64,000 bases of DNA from an uncultured delta proteobacterium (lineage in GTDB: Bacteria; Desulfobacterota; Binatia; UBA9968), in contig CAWERH010000013.1 in the NCBI GenBank assembly GCA_963811315.1, positions 134,123-198,122 of the forward strand, written 5' to 3'. This document shows positions 50,145 to 61,718 of this stretch, one piece after another. Made by a program: the position numbers and the translations under genes. How positions within the stretch are numbered: the first letter of the stretch is position 1; each line of letters begins with the position of its first letter. The notes under the pieces are model-generated. The model was given only the letters and a program-made list of their open reading frames with translations. It did no database searches and had not been told where the DNA came from.

Positions 50145-50537
50145 TTACTTAGAAGGCGCGGGTGCCGCCTTTGACGGCGCCTTGGTTTCAGGGAGGACTT
50201 CCTTGGTTTCAGGCGCGACACTGAGTCCTTGGGATTGCAGCCCTTCCATGATCATTTTCGCGCCGGCGTGGCCCTGCTGAGCGAGGTCGCTGGTTTTTGA
50301 AATCAGCGTCTTGAATTGTGCCTGAATTTTTTGCGCCTCTTGAATAGCACTCTCCTGGTTGGCCTTCACCATGCCGAGATTTCCTCGCTCGACGACCATT
50401 TGCAGGGTTTGAAACGCGAAGTAAAGCAACAGCGCCGCCAACGTGATGATAAATGGCGCTTTTAAGGCGCTCGCGTCCGGCACCTTGGTTTCTTCGACCG
50501 GCTCGGCGTCGGCAACGTTGTCGATCTCTTCAGCCAT
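50145..50537 (-). CDS. Hypothetical single-pass membrane protein with Q-rich coiled region
   Basis: 130 aa; TM APFIITLAALLLYFAFQTL; paralogous to adjacent gene. Confidence 0.5.
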   Translation of the reverse strand: MAEEIDNVADAEPVEETKVPDASALKAPFIITLAALLLYFAFQTLQMVVERGNLGMVKANQESAIQEAQKIQAQFKTLISKTSDLAQQGHAGAKMIMEGLQSQGLSVAPETKEVLPETKAPSKAAPAPSK

Positions 50538-50543
50538 GAATCC

Positions 50544-50837
50544 TCACTTCTTTGCCGGCGCGGGGTTTGGAGTCTCGGCCGGGCCCAGGTTGACGCCGCT
50601 CTCGGCGAGCAATTTCTTGAGCTGCTCATCGTTGGTCTTGAGCGCCAGGTTCGCCATCACGCCAATTAATTGCCGATTGAGATTTTCCAGCTGCATGGTC
50701 TGCGTCAGCATCTGTTGGCGTTCGCTGACCTCGGCCTGGATCGATTGGTTGCCGAGCGCCAGCACGACATTGACGATGACCAAGAGCAAAACCAGCGTCG
50801 ACAACACCGTCAGGAGAATATTGCCCTTTCTAAACAT
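50544..50837 (-). CDS. Hypothetical single-pass membrane protein (paralog of 50145..50537)
   Basis: 97 aa; TM ILLTVLSTLVLLLVIVNVVLAL followed by Q-rich coiled region. Confidence 0.5.
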   Translation of the reverse strand: MFRKGNILLTVLSTLVLLLVIVNVVLALGNQSIQAEVSERQQMLTQTMQLENLNRQLIGVMANLALKTNDEQLKKLLAESGVNLGPAETPNPAPAKK

Positions 50838-50918
50838 GACACCTCGCTCAAGAGTCGGCTAGAGATTAGAGAATCGCTTCCCGTTGGCGCCCATCGAGCG
50901 CGCTATGCGCAGCCTCGA

Positions 50919-51587
50919 CTAACGGATAAGGCTGCCGAGTCGCTCCCAGCGCACCCAGCGGTCGCCGCCATCCCAGGACCAATAGATCAGAAACGCTTTG
51001 CCGCGCACGTCATTGAGATTGACATAGCCCCAAAAGCGGCTGTCGTAACTGCGATCACGGTTGTCGCCCATGACGAAGATATGATTCTCCGGAACTACTT
51101 TCGGCCCATAATCGTCGCCGCTCCCAACTGCTCCGGCTTGGGGATCGTAACCGGCGAAATTGGCATGAGGATCGTCGACCTGTTTGCCGTTGATAAAAAC
51201 TTTCTTCGCCCGCACTTCGACCGTATCGCCGGCGACGCCGATCACGCGCTTGATAAAGTCTTTCGAACGGTCCTCGGGAAAAATAAAAACCACCACCTCG
51301 CCGCGCTGCGGCGTCGAATATTCGAGCAGATAGCGCTCGAGAAACGGCATGCGCAGACCGTAGGACAGTTTGTTGACCAGAATATGATCGCCGATTTGCA
51401 AAGTCGGAATCATCGAGCCGGACGGAATCTTGAACGCCTGAACGATAAATGTCCGAATAAACAGCGCCAGCACCAGCGCCATCAGGATCGCCTCCGCGTA
51501 TTCGCGGAAGGTCGACTTGGTTTTTACCGCATCTTGAGCGTCCATTACACTTCGATCTTTCACTTTATTCGCCTTTTCCCCGGCCAT
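50919..51587 (-). CDS. lepB: Signal peptidase I
   Basis: S26 motifs IPSGSMIPTL (Ser) and K box; C-terminal GDNRDRSYDSRFWG. Confidence 0.85.
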   Translation of the reverse strand: MAGEKANKVKDRSVMDAQDAVKTKSTFREYAEAILMALVLALFIRTFIVQAFKIPSGSMIPTLQIGDHILVNKLSYGLRMPFLERYLLEYSTPQRGEVVVFIFPEDRSKDFIKRVIGVAGDTVEVRAKKVFINGKQVDDPHANFAGYDPQAGAVGSGDDYGPKVVPENHIFVMGDNRDRSYDSRFWGYVNLNDVRGKAFLIYWSWDGGDRWVRWERLGSLIR

Positions 51588-51603
51588 TGGCAACCCCTGA
51601 GCG

Positions 51604-53398
51604 CTAGACTTTGAGTGCGACCAGAAACGCTTCCTGGGGGATTTCGACTTTTCCAACCTGTTTCATGCGCTTCTTGCCTTCTTTTTGGCGCTCCAGCAGT
51701 TTGCGTTTACGCGTGATATCTCCCCCGTAACATTTAGCTGTAACATTTTTTCTCAGCGGTTTCACGGACTCGCGGGAAATGATCCGGCTGCCGATCGCGG
51801 CTTGAATGACCACTTCGAACATCTGCCGCGGAATCAGCTCGCGCATTTTATGCACCAGATCGCGGCCGCGATAGTAAGCGTTGTCGCGATGCACGATCAT
51901 CGACATGGCGTCGACGACATCGCCGTTGATGCGCACGTCGAGCTTAACCAGATCCGCGGCGCGGTAGCCCGCTAGTTCGTAATCCATCGAGGCATAACCG
52001 CGGCTCACCGATTTGAGCCTGTCGTAAAAATCCACGACGATTTCATTTAAGGGCAGCTCATACATAAGCATCACCCGTTTGGGACCGAGATAGCGGATCT
52101 CCTTCTGCGTGCCGCGTTTTTCTTCGCAGATTTTCAAGACGCCGCCGAGAAACTCCTGCGGCAAATGCAGCGTCGCCTGGATCACCGGCTCCTCGATGCG
52201 CTCGATTTCCGCCTCGTTCGGCAATTTCACCGGATTGTCGATCAACAGGGTTTCGCCGTGGACGGTGATGATTTGATACACCACGGTGGCGGCGGTGGTG
52301 ATCAGGCTCAGACTAAATTCGCGCTCTAGCCGCTCGCGCACGATGTCCATGTGCAGCAAACCCAAAAAACCGCAGCGGAAACCGAAACCCGAGTGCCTGC
52401 GATGTTTCCGGCTCGTAGGTGAACGACGAATCATTCATGCGCAGTTTTTCCAGCGCGTCGCGCAATGCTTGATACTGGCCCGAGTCGGTCGGATAAAGCC
52501 CGCTAAAGACCATCGGCTTCATCGGTTTGAATCCCGGCAGCGGCTCGGCCGCCGGCCGTTCGTCGGTAGTGATCGTGTCGCCGATGCGGGTCTCGTCCAC
52601 TTCTTTGATGCCGGCCATCAGAAATCCGACATCGCCGGCTTTGAGCGCGGGGACTTCCGTTGAAACCGGTGAAAACACGCCGAGACGGAGCACCTCGAAG
52701 GCCCGTCCGCTCGACATCATGCGGATCTTCGTGCCTTTCTCCACTGTGCCGTCGAACACGCGCATCATGACCACGGCGCCATGATAAGGATCAAACCAGC
52801 TATCGATGATCAGCCCCCGTAACGGTGCGGCTGCGTCACCTTTGGGCGGCGGGAAATAATGGACGATCCCTTCGAGAATTTCTTCCGTGCCGATGCCTTC
52901 CTTGGCGCTCGCCGGAATCGCATGAGAGGCATCGATACCGATGACGTCTTCGATCTCCGCCCTGACTCGCTCCGGATCGGCGCTCGGCAGATCGATCTTG
53001 TTGATGACCGGCAGGATTTCCAAATTGTGATCCAACGCCATATGCACGTTGGCCACCGTCTGCGCTTCCACTCCCTGCGCGGCATCCACCACCAGCAGCG
53101 CACCTTCGCACGCCGCCAGGCTGCGCGAAACTTCGTATGTGAAATCGACGTGGCCGGGAGTATCGATGAGATTGAGTTTGTATTCGTTGCCGTCTTTAGC
53201 GTGATAATACAGGCAGACCGGGCTCGCCTTGATGGTGATACCGCGCTCTCGTTCGAGGTCCATGCTGTCGAGAATCTGCGCGGTCTTCTCGCGCTCGCTC
53301 ACCGCGCCGGTAAATTCCAGCAAGCGGTCGGCCAGCGTCGATTTGCCATGATCGATATGCGCGATGATGGAAAAATTTCGAATCCGCTCCAAACTCAT
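51604..53398 (-). CDS. lepA: Translation elongation factor 4 (LepA), frame-shifted near 52380-52430
   Basis: [27 protein letters not shown]... G-domain; C-terminal LepA-specific domain in 51604..52434 ORF; start ATG overlaps upstream epimerase stop (ATGA). Confidence 0.9.
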
Positions 53399-54322
53399 CG
53401 GCCAACGGTATCCCGGTAATACGCGGCGGTGCGCTGTAAACCGTCGCGCAACGCCATCTGCGGCCGCCAACCGAGAATCTCGGCGGCGCGCCCGGCGTCC
53501 AGGCAGCTGCGCCGTTGCTCGCCGGTCTTGGCCGGCCCATGTTGCGCCTTGGTCGCGCTACCGACGGCTTCGCGAAGATGTTCATAAATAGTCACGACAT
53601 CGGTTTCGACGCCCGTGCCGATATTGATCTGACCGACAAAGGTGGATTCCAACGCCGCGACATTGGCGGCAACCACGTCAGCCGACGTATACATAGTCGC
53701 GGGTTTGCCGCCCGTCGCCGTTAATGATCGGCGTCTTGCCAGACAGGAGCATCGACAAGAAAATCGCCACTACACCGGCCTCGCCCTTGGTCGATTGCCG
53801 CGGACCGTAAACATTGGCGTAACGCAGTGCGATGAAAGGCAGGCCAAAGGCTTGGTGGTAATAGGACAAATAAAGCTCGCCGGTGCGCTTGCTCACGCCA
53901 TAGGGACTTGCCGGTTGAGTCGCGTGACTTTCCGGCGCGGGAAAAACTTCCTGCTCCCCATAAACGGCTCCGCCCGATGACGCAAAGATAACTTTTTTGG
54001 CGCCGGCATTCTTGCAGGCTTCCAGCAGATTGATGAAACCGATGATGTTGACCCGAGCATCGAAGGCCGGATCGGCGACCGAATGGCGCACATCCATTTG
54101 CGCCGCATGATGACTCAACACATCGGGTTTGATCTGTTCGATCAGCTTTGCGGTCTGCGCCTCGGCAATATCGATGCGATGAACCGTCGCCTTCGGGTTT
54201 AGATTCGACTGCTGTCCGGTCGAGAAGTCGTCGAGGATGTGAACTTCGTGGCCGCGCTCGATGTAGGCATCGACGATTTGCGAAGCGATAAATCCCGCGC
54301 CGCCCGTAACCACGATTTTCAT
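53395..54322 (-). CDS. NAD-dependent epimerase/dehydratase family protein (GalE-like), frame-shifted
   Basis: [17 protein letters not shown]... YGVSK (YxxxK); C-terminal piece 53395..53694 in another frame. Confidence 0.75.
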
Positions 54323-55270
54323 GCTTTTGGCTCCGTCAAGCTTGGTGCGAAAATATTCGATAGTCTTGATCAGCCCCTCTTCGAGTTTCACCTTGGGCTC
54401 CCAACCGAGAATCTTGCGCGCCTTGGTGATATCCGGTTGGCGCACCTGCGGATCGTCCTCGGGCAATGGTTTATAGAGCGATGGCGCTCTTCGAGTGGGT
54501 CAACTCGATAATTTTTTTGGCAAACTCCAAAACCGTCATCTCATGCGGATTGCCGATATTCACCGGCAGATGATGATCCGCTTGCAATAGCTTTTCGATG
54601 CCGGCGACGAGATCGTCGACATATTGAAAGCTGCGCGTCTGTTGTCCCTGACCGTAAACCGTCAGCGCTTCGCCTTTGAGCGCCTGCATGATGAAGTTCG
54701 GCACCACGCGGCCGTCCTGCAGGCGCATGCGCGGCCCGTAGGTATTGAAGATCCGCACAATCCGCGTATTCAGCCCGTGAAAGCGATGGTACGCCATGGT
54801 CATCGCCTCTGCGAAGCGTTTGGCTTCGTCATAGACGCCGCGCGGGCCGATGGGATTGACATTGCCCCAGTATTCTTCGCTTTGCGGCCGTACCAACGGA
54901 TCACCGTAAACTTCCGAAGTCGATGCGAGTAGAAAAACCGCGCCTTTGGCCTTGGCCAGGCCGAGCGCGTTATGAGTGCCCAGGGCGCCGACCTTCAAAG
55001 TCGGAATCGGCAATTCCAGATAGTCCACCGGACTCGCGGGCGAAGCGAAATGCAAGACATAGTCGAGCGGCTCCGGCACTTCGATATAGCGGCTGACATT
55101 ATGATCGATAAAACGAAACCGCGGGTTTTTGAGAAAAGCCCCGATGTTGTGCTTTCGCGCCGGTCGAGTAGTTGTCCATGCACAGCACTTCGTGCCCCTG
55201 CCCGAGGAAACTTCTCACACAGATGAGAACCGATAAATCCGGCGCCGCCGGTGATGAGATATCTAGCCAT
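54323..55270 (-). CDS. UDP-glucuronate decarboxylase (UXS)-like NAD-dependent epimerase/dehydratase, frame-shifted; stop not resolved (reads in-frame into next gene)
   Basis: [19 protein letters not shown]...; ...[17 protein letters not shown]...; C-terminal [23 protein letters not shown] typical of UXS. Confidence 0.7.
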
Positions 55271-56569
55271 TGTGCCGTCCGATCGAATAGTATTTGAAGC
55301 CCAGACGTTGGCAGATCGATCGGAGTCGTAAATATTTCGTGCCGTCGAAAATCACCGGCTTCTGGAGCAGCTTTTTAATCCGGTCAAAATCCGGCCGGCG
55401 AAACTCATTCCATTCCGTCAAGATCAGCAGCGCCGAAGCGCCGTGAAGAGCGTCGTAGTTCCGGTGGGTATATTGGATGCGATCGCCGAAAATTTTTCTC
55501 GCTTCTTCCATCGCTTCAGGATCGAAGGCCTGCACCCGCGCGCCCGCCGCGAGCAAGGATTCGATGACCGTAATCGCCGGAGCGTCGCGCATGTCGTCGG
55601 TGCGCGGTTTAAAGGCAAGGCCCCAGACGGCAAAGGTCAAGCCGGACAAATCTGCGCCGAAATGGCGCTTCACTTTTTCAAACAAAAGTCCCTTCTGCCG
55701 CTCGTTGACTTCTTCCACCGCTTTGAGCAGCACCATCTCCGGATCGTCGCCGCCCATGCTGATCATCGCCCGAATATCTTTGGGAAAACAGGAGCCGCCG
55801 TATCCCACGCCGGGAAAAATAAAATGCGGGCCGATTCGGCGATCCAGGCTGATCGCGCGGCGCACTTCGCCGACATCGGCGTTCATCTCTTCGCATAGCC
55901 GCGCCACTTCATTGATGAACGAGATCTTGGTCGCCAGCATGGCGTTGGAAGCATACTTGCTCATCTCGGCGCTGCGGCTGTCCATGATCAGGATCGGATT
56001 GCCGGTGCGCACGAAAGGCTCGTAAAGTTCCTTCACTGCCTCCAATGCCTCGGCGTTGTCTCCACCGAGCACCACCCGATCGGGCTTCATGAAATCCTCG
56101 ACCGCGGCGCCTTCTTTCAGAAACTCCGGATTGGAAACCACGGCAAAGGGCTGCTTGGTTGCTTCGCTCATCCATTGCTTGATTTGATCCGCGGTGCCCA
56201 CCGGCACCGTGCTTTTGGTCACGATGATCTTGAAATCCTCCATGGCCTTGGCGATCCCCTTCGCCGTGCCTTGACGTATTCAAGATTGGCGTGGCCGGTC
56301 GGGCCCTGCGGCGTGCCCACAGCGATAAAAATAATCGGCGATTTTTTGACCGCTGCGGCTAGATCGGTGGTGAAAATTAACCGTTGCTCTTGGCTATTGC
56401 GTCGGACCATTTCTTCAAGACCGGGTTCATAGATTGGCACCGTCCCGGCATTGAGCATATCGATCTTTGTTTTATCGATATCGACGCAGATCACATCGTT
56501 GCCGGTCTCGGCAAAACAAGTGCCGGCAACCAATCCGACATACCCGGTTCCCACAACGGCGACTTTCAT
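55263..56569 (-). CDS. ugd: UDP-glucose/GDP-mannose 6-dehydrogenase family protein, frame-shifted near 56220-56245
   Basis: MKVAVVGTGYVGLVAGTCFAETG N-terminal Rossmann; catalytic GGSCFPKD; C-terminal UDPG_MGDP_dh_C. Confidence 0.8.
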
Positions 56570-57521
56570 ACTGTTCCCTTTCTCCGGCAACACCTCGCCA
56601 ACGACGTAAACCGGCCGATCTTGCGACTCATGATAAGTCCGCGCCAGCATCTCCCCGAGCAGGCCCATGGTAACGAATTGAAAGCCGATAAAGATCAGCA
56701 ACACCGCCAGCAAGAGCAGCGGACGGCCGCCGATATCGCCTTCGTAGACAAACTTTTGAATCGTCAGATGCAAGCACAAAACAAACCCGACCACGCCGCT
56801 GACAATGCCGATGGGACCGAATACATGCGCCGGTCGGGTGGAATAGGTGTTGAGAAATTTCACCGTCAATAAGTCCAAAATGACCCGCAAGGTCCGAGAA
56901 ATACCGTACTTGGTTTGGCCGCGCAGCCGCGGCCGGTGATTGACCTTGAGCTCGGCGATTTGCGCGCCGCGCTCGTAGGCCATCGCCGGTATGAACCGGT
57001 GCATTTCCCCGTAGAGCCGCAAATCTTTGGCGACCGTCCTGCGCATCACTTTCAGCGTACATCCGTAGTCGTGCAGTTTCACTTGGGTAGTCCAGGATAT
57101 CAGACGATTGGCGATCATTGAAGGCAAGCGGCGATTGAGAAAAGGGTCTTGCCGATTGAAGCGCCAGCCGACGACCAGATCGTTGCCCTCGTCTAGTTTC
57201 GCCAGCATGGCCGGAATATCCGCCGGATCGTTTTGTCCGTCGCCATCCATCAAGATCGACGATCTCGCCACTCGCATGCGCCAATCCGGCTGCCACCGCC
57301 GCGGTTTGTCCAAAGTTCCGTTTAAGCCGCATGATCGTCAATTCAGGCCGCTGCGCCAACAACACGCGCAGTTTGGCAAACGTTCCATCTCTGCTGCCGT
57401 CGTCGACAATCACGATCTCGTAAGTTTGCTGCAGCCGGCTCAAAACCGTTGTCAGCTCGCTGACTAACGGTTCGATGTTCTCTTCTTCGTTATAAACGGG
57501 AATGACGATTGATAGCTCCAT
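56570..57521 (-). CDS. GT2 polyprenol-phosphate glycosyltransferase (DPM1/ArnC/GtrB-like) with C-terminal TM helices, frame-shifted near 57240; 3' boundary uncertain
   Basis: MELSIVIPVYNEEENI...IVIVDDGSRDGT...; DGDGQNDP; two C-terminal TM helices; ends ...RPVYVVGEVLPEKGNS in frame with ugd ATG. Confidence 0.75.
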
Positions 57522-57534
57522 CGGCTCAGGAGTG

Positions 57535-58433
57535 AAAATCGGTCAGCTGGACAAACTTTTGATAGCGTTCTTCGATCTCGGCGAAGGGAAGTATCGGTCA
57601 GTCGCTTGACGCCGAAATCTTCGACGGTAAACGATGCGACTACCGAACCGTAGACGATGGCCCGTCGCAGGCCGCCCTGGCTCAGATCGCCCGAGCGCGC
57701 CAGTTGACCCATCAAACCGCCGGCGAAAGAATCCCCCGCGCCGGTGGGATCGAAAACCTCTTCGAGGGGATAGGCGGGCGTTGCGAAAACCGACGAGTCG
57801 GAAAATTGCAACACGCCGTATTCGCCGCGCTTGATCAAAACCATCTTCGGCCCCATGCGCAAAATCGCGCGCGCCGCTTGAACGATGTTGTTATAGCCGC
57901 TCAGCAAGCGCGCTTCGGAATCATTGATCACGAGCATTTCGATGCGCTGCAAGACTTTTTTTAGCTCTTCGGGGCTTTCGCGAATCCAGTGATCCATGGT
58001 GTCGCAAATCACCAGCTTCATATGCCGGATCTGATTGAGCACTTCCAGTTGCATGACTGGATCGATATTGCCGAGAAAGACATACTCGGCGTCGCGATAA
58101 TTACTCCGGCAATTGCGGCTCAAAGCCGGCCAGGACGTTCAAATGGAGCTCGATGGTATCGCGCACATTGATGTCCTCGTGATAGCGCCCGCGCCAGTGA
58201 AAAGTCTCGCCACGCTCGCGCTTGATGCCCTCGATATCAATCCCGCGTTGGGTAAATAAATCGAGATAGTCCTGGGGAAAATCCTCGCCGATAACGCCGA
58301 CGATCCTGACCGGCGCAAAAAAACTTGCGCCCAGCGCAAAATAAGACGCCGAGCCGCCGAGAACCCGCTCTGCCGATCCGGATGGCGTTTCGATCGAATC
58401 AAAAGCCACCGTGCCAACCACTAGTACGCTCAT
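57535..58433 (-). CDS. PfkB-family carbohydrate/nucleoside kinase (ribokinase-like), 2 frameshifts
   Basis: [17 protein letters not shown]...; DPTGAGDSFAGG anion-hole motif; true C-terminus ...EIEERYQKFVQLTDFHS* in another frame. Confidence 0.7.
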
Positions 58434-59291
58434 AGATATTTCCCGATGATCGGCCGCAAAGCCGTCTTGAGTTTTTTTGGAATCCGCGATCGGTCCGTAA
58501 TGATAGCATCCTTCAGCGCTGACGCACAGCCGCAGTCGCGCGCGGCGGTCAACTCGCCGACCGCCCGGCGAATCGTGCGCTGGGCCAAGTCGACGTTTTT
58601 TTGCAGCACCGCCAGCACATGCTCGATCTCGACGTCGCCGGCGCTTTCATTCCAGCAATCGTAGTCGGTGGCCAGCGCCAGCGTGCCGAAGCAAATCTCC
58701 GCTTCGCGCGCCAGCTTCGCTTCTTGCAAATTAGTCATGCCGATTACATGGGCATCCCAACTGCGATACAGCCGGGATTCGGCGCGGGTCGAAAATTGCG
58801 GCCCTTCCATGCAGAGATAAGTTCCGCCCCGGTGCACCGTGAGCGTTTTCGGCTTGGGCCGCCTGGACCAACAGTGTCGATAACCGCGGGCAAAACGGGT
58901 CGGCCAGACTCACGTGCGCCACCAAACCCTTGCCAAAGAAAGTGCTCGGACGCTGCGTCGTGCGATCGATAAATTGATCCGGCACGACGAGATCGCCGGG
59001 AGCGATATTCTCGCGCAGACTGCCGACCGCACTGACTGAAATAATCCGCTCGACGCCGAGTTTCTTTAGGGCAAAAATATTTGCGCGAAAGTTGATTTCG
59101 GTGGGCAACCAACGATGACCTTTGCCATGTCGCGGCAGGAAGATCAATTCGGCTTCGCCGAGCCTGCCCCGAACTAAACGGTCGGACGGCTTCCCGAACG
59201 GCGTTTTGACGGCCACTTCGCGCACGCGCTGAAGACCCGCCATCTGATACAGCCCGCTGCCGCCGATCACGCCGATGATCGGGTTGGCCAT
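58430..59291 (-). CDS. mtnP: S-methyl-5'-thioadenosine phosphorylase, frame-shifted near 58800-58850
   Basis: [15 protein letters not shown]...; C-terminal ...[25 protein letters not shown] in 58430..58837. Confidence 0.8.
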
Positions 59292-59294
59292 AGG

Positions 59295-60373
59295 CTACGG
59301 AAGCGCCTCGACCGCAATCACTTCGCGCCGCGCCACGGCATCGACAGCTTCGCCTTGAAGTTGCCCGCAAGCTGCTTGAATATCGTCGCCGCGCGGCCGG
59401 CGCACATTGACTTGCACGCCCGCGTCGCGCAAGGCCATTTGAAATCGCTCGGTCTCGCGATCCGCGGGCCGGGTATATTTGCTGCCGGGATGGGGATTGA
59501 ATGGAATGACGTTCACTTTGCTCGGAATGCCGCGCAACAGCCGATTGCGAGTTGACGCGCATCGGTTTCGGAATCGTTGACGCCGCGCAGCAGAACATAC
59601 TCGAAAGTAATCCGCTTACGTCGCGGCAACGGCAGCGCGCGGCAGCAATCCAAAACTTGCTTGAGCGGATACTTGCGATTGATCGGCATCAGTTGACCGC
59701 GCAGTTCGTCGTTGGGCGCATGCAGCGAGATCGCCAGATTAACCCGGGTTTCTTCCATGAGCTTTTGGATTTGCGGCACCAGGCCGACCGTCGAAAGCGT
59801 CACTCGGCGGGGCGAAATGCCGAGCCCCCAATCGCCGTCGGTCAAAATCTCCAGGGCACGAACCACTTGGGCATAGTTGGCAAGCGGCTCGCCCATACCC
59901 ATCAGAACAATATGCGTAATGCCGTTGCTCCGCACTGAGCGCGCGCGCCGCCTCCGTAACTTGCTCGACGATTTCCGCTAGCGCTCAAATTGCGCTTGAG
60001 CCCCAACACAGCGGTGGCGCAAAAGGCGCAGCCCAGGCCGCACCCGGCCTGGGTCGAAATGCACAAGGTCAGGCGATGGGTTTCCGGAATCAGCACGCTC
60101 TCGATGCTTTCGCCATCGTTGAGACCAAACAGAAACTTGACCGTGCCGTCGCGCGCTTCGACCTGGCGCAGAATCTGCAAGCCGGCCGATGGAGAAATGT
60201 TGCTCTAGCTCATCGCGCAGTGACCGCGCCAGATTGGTCATCTCGTCAAAGGAAACTGCGCGCTTCTGAAACAGCCACTGCCAGACTTGCCGGGCGCGAT
60301 AAGCGGGGTGCTTGCGCTCGAGCAAAAAATCGATGAGCTCCTTGAAGCTCAAATCTTTGATATTGGGCTTCAC
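59295..60373 (-). CDS. rlmN: 23S rRNA (adenine2503-C2)-methyltransferase RlmN (radical SAM), at least 3 frameshifts
   Basis: [17 protein letters not shown] CxxxCxxC; MGMGEPL; pieces in 59978..60373, 59902..60180, 59513..59935, 59295..59537. Confidence 0.8.
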
Positions 60374-60412
60374 TTCGGATGCCGAACAAGCGCGCCCCTG
60401 CGGCGCGAGGTT

Positions 60413-60832
60413 TTAGAGCACTTCGTCGGGTTTGAAAAAGAAGGCGATCTCGCTGGCTGCAGTCTCCGGACTGTCGGAGCCGTGAACCGCGTTCTGCTCA
60501 ACATCCCGACCGCAGTCCTTGCGGATGGTTCCCGGCGCAGCTTTCGCGGGATCGGTAGCGCCCATAATCTCGCGGTTCTTAAGAATTGCGTTTTCGCCTT
60601 GTAAAACTGAAACAAAAATCGGCCCCGAAGACATGTAGGTACACAGACCGGCAAAAAATGGCCGCTCTTTGTGCACCGCGTAAAACGCCTGCGCCCTTTC
60701 GGGCGTCAAACGGAGCAGCTTTCCCGCGGCAATTCTGAGCCCCGCCGCTTCGAAGCGGCGCAGAATTTCGCCGATGAGGTTTCGCCCGGTGGCATCCGGT
60801 TTAATGATCGATAAAGTTTTTTCAACGCTCAT
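60413..60832 (-). CDS. ndk: Nucleoside diphosphate kinase
   Basis: LSIIKPDA...NAVHGSDS...IAFFF; 139 aa. Confidence 0.9.
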   Translation of the reverse strand: MSVEKTLSIIKPDATGRNLIGEILRRFEAAGLRIAAGKLLRLTPERAQAFYAVHKERPFFAGLCTYMSSGPIFVSVLQGENAILKNREIMGATDPAKAAPGTIRKDCGRDVEQNAVHGSDSPETAASEIAFFFKPDEVL

Positions 60833-60834
60833 GA

Positions 60835-61704
60835 TTAGTTAAAGCCTCCTGCATTGTGCTTGCCAATGGTCGCCGGCGACGACGCCATATGAATCCCAGC
60901 CGCTTTCATCGCAACGATCTTTTCCTTCGCCGTCCCTTTGCCGCCGGAAATGATCGCCCCGGCATGACCCATGCGTTTACCGGGCGGCGCGGTCTGCCCG
61001 GCGATAAAGCCGACCACCGGTTTTTTCATATTTGCCTTGATCCAAAGAGCCGCTTCTTCTTCGGCGCTGCCGCCGATTTCACCGATCATCACCACCGCTT
61101 GGGTGCCCGTATCTTGGTTGAACATCTTCAAGACGTCGACAAATTCCAATCCATGCACCGGATCGCCGCCGATGCCGACACAAGTCGACTGCCCCATGCC
61201 AAGCCGCGTCAGTTGATCCACCGCCTCATAGGTCAAGGTGCCGCTGCGCGACACCACACCAATTTTCCCCGGCTTGTGAATATGCCCCGGCATGATGCCG
61301 ATTTTGCACTCTCCGGGGGTGATCGTGCCGGGACAATTAGGGCCGAGCAATTGCGAGTCGTGCCCGGCGAGATAGCGTTTCACTTTGACCATATCGCGCA
61401 CGGGCACGCCTTCAGTGATGCAAATGATCAGCGGGATTCCGGCGTCAGCCGCTTCCAGAATAGCATCGGCGGCAAACGGTGGCGGCACGTAAATCACACT
61501 GGCATTGGCGCCGGTCTCTTTGACCGCGCGTTCGACGGTGTCGAAGATCGGAATCTCTTCAAAAGCGGATCCGCCCTTGCCAGGCGTGACGCCGGCCACC
61601 ATTTGGGTGCCGTACTCTTTGCACGCCTTAGTATGAAATCGTCCCGTGGCACCGGTAATACCCTGAGTCAAAACGCGCGTCTGGCTGTTTACCAATATAG
61701 CCAT
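60835..61704 (-). CDS. sucD: Succinate--CoA ligase [ADP-forming] subunit alpha
   Basis: 289 aa; CoA-binding N-domain, phosphohistidine loop MGHAGA. Confidence 0.95.
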   Translation of the reverse strand: MAILVNSQTRVLTQGITGATGRFHTKACKEYGTQMVAGVTPGKGGSAFEEIPIFDTVERAVKETGANASVIYVPPPFAADAILEAADAGIPLIICITEGVPVRDMVKVKRYLAGHDSQLLGPNCPGTITPGECKIGIMPGHIHKPGKIGVVSRSGTLTYEAVDQLTRLGMGQSTCVGIGGDPVHGLEFVDVLKMFNQDTGTQAVVMIGEIGGSAEEEAALWIKANMKKPVVGFIAGQTAPPGKRMGHAGAIISGGKGTAKEKIVAMKAAGIHMASSPATIGKHNAGGFN

Positions 61705-61718
61705 GTCAGCTCTTGGCT

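Noticed and set aside
50670-51614. 314-aa plus-strand ORF
   Set aside because: Antisense to lepB and the small membrane protein gene.
53678-57313. Bifunctional fusion proteins (UXS-epimerase; GT2-UDP-glucose dehydrogenase) suggested by in-frame ORFs 53678..54466 and 56219..57313
   Set aside because: Each downstream module has its own RBS and the expected stop lies one frame off at a homopolymer. This is consistent with the pervasive indel artefacts.
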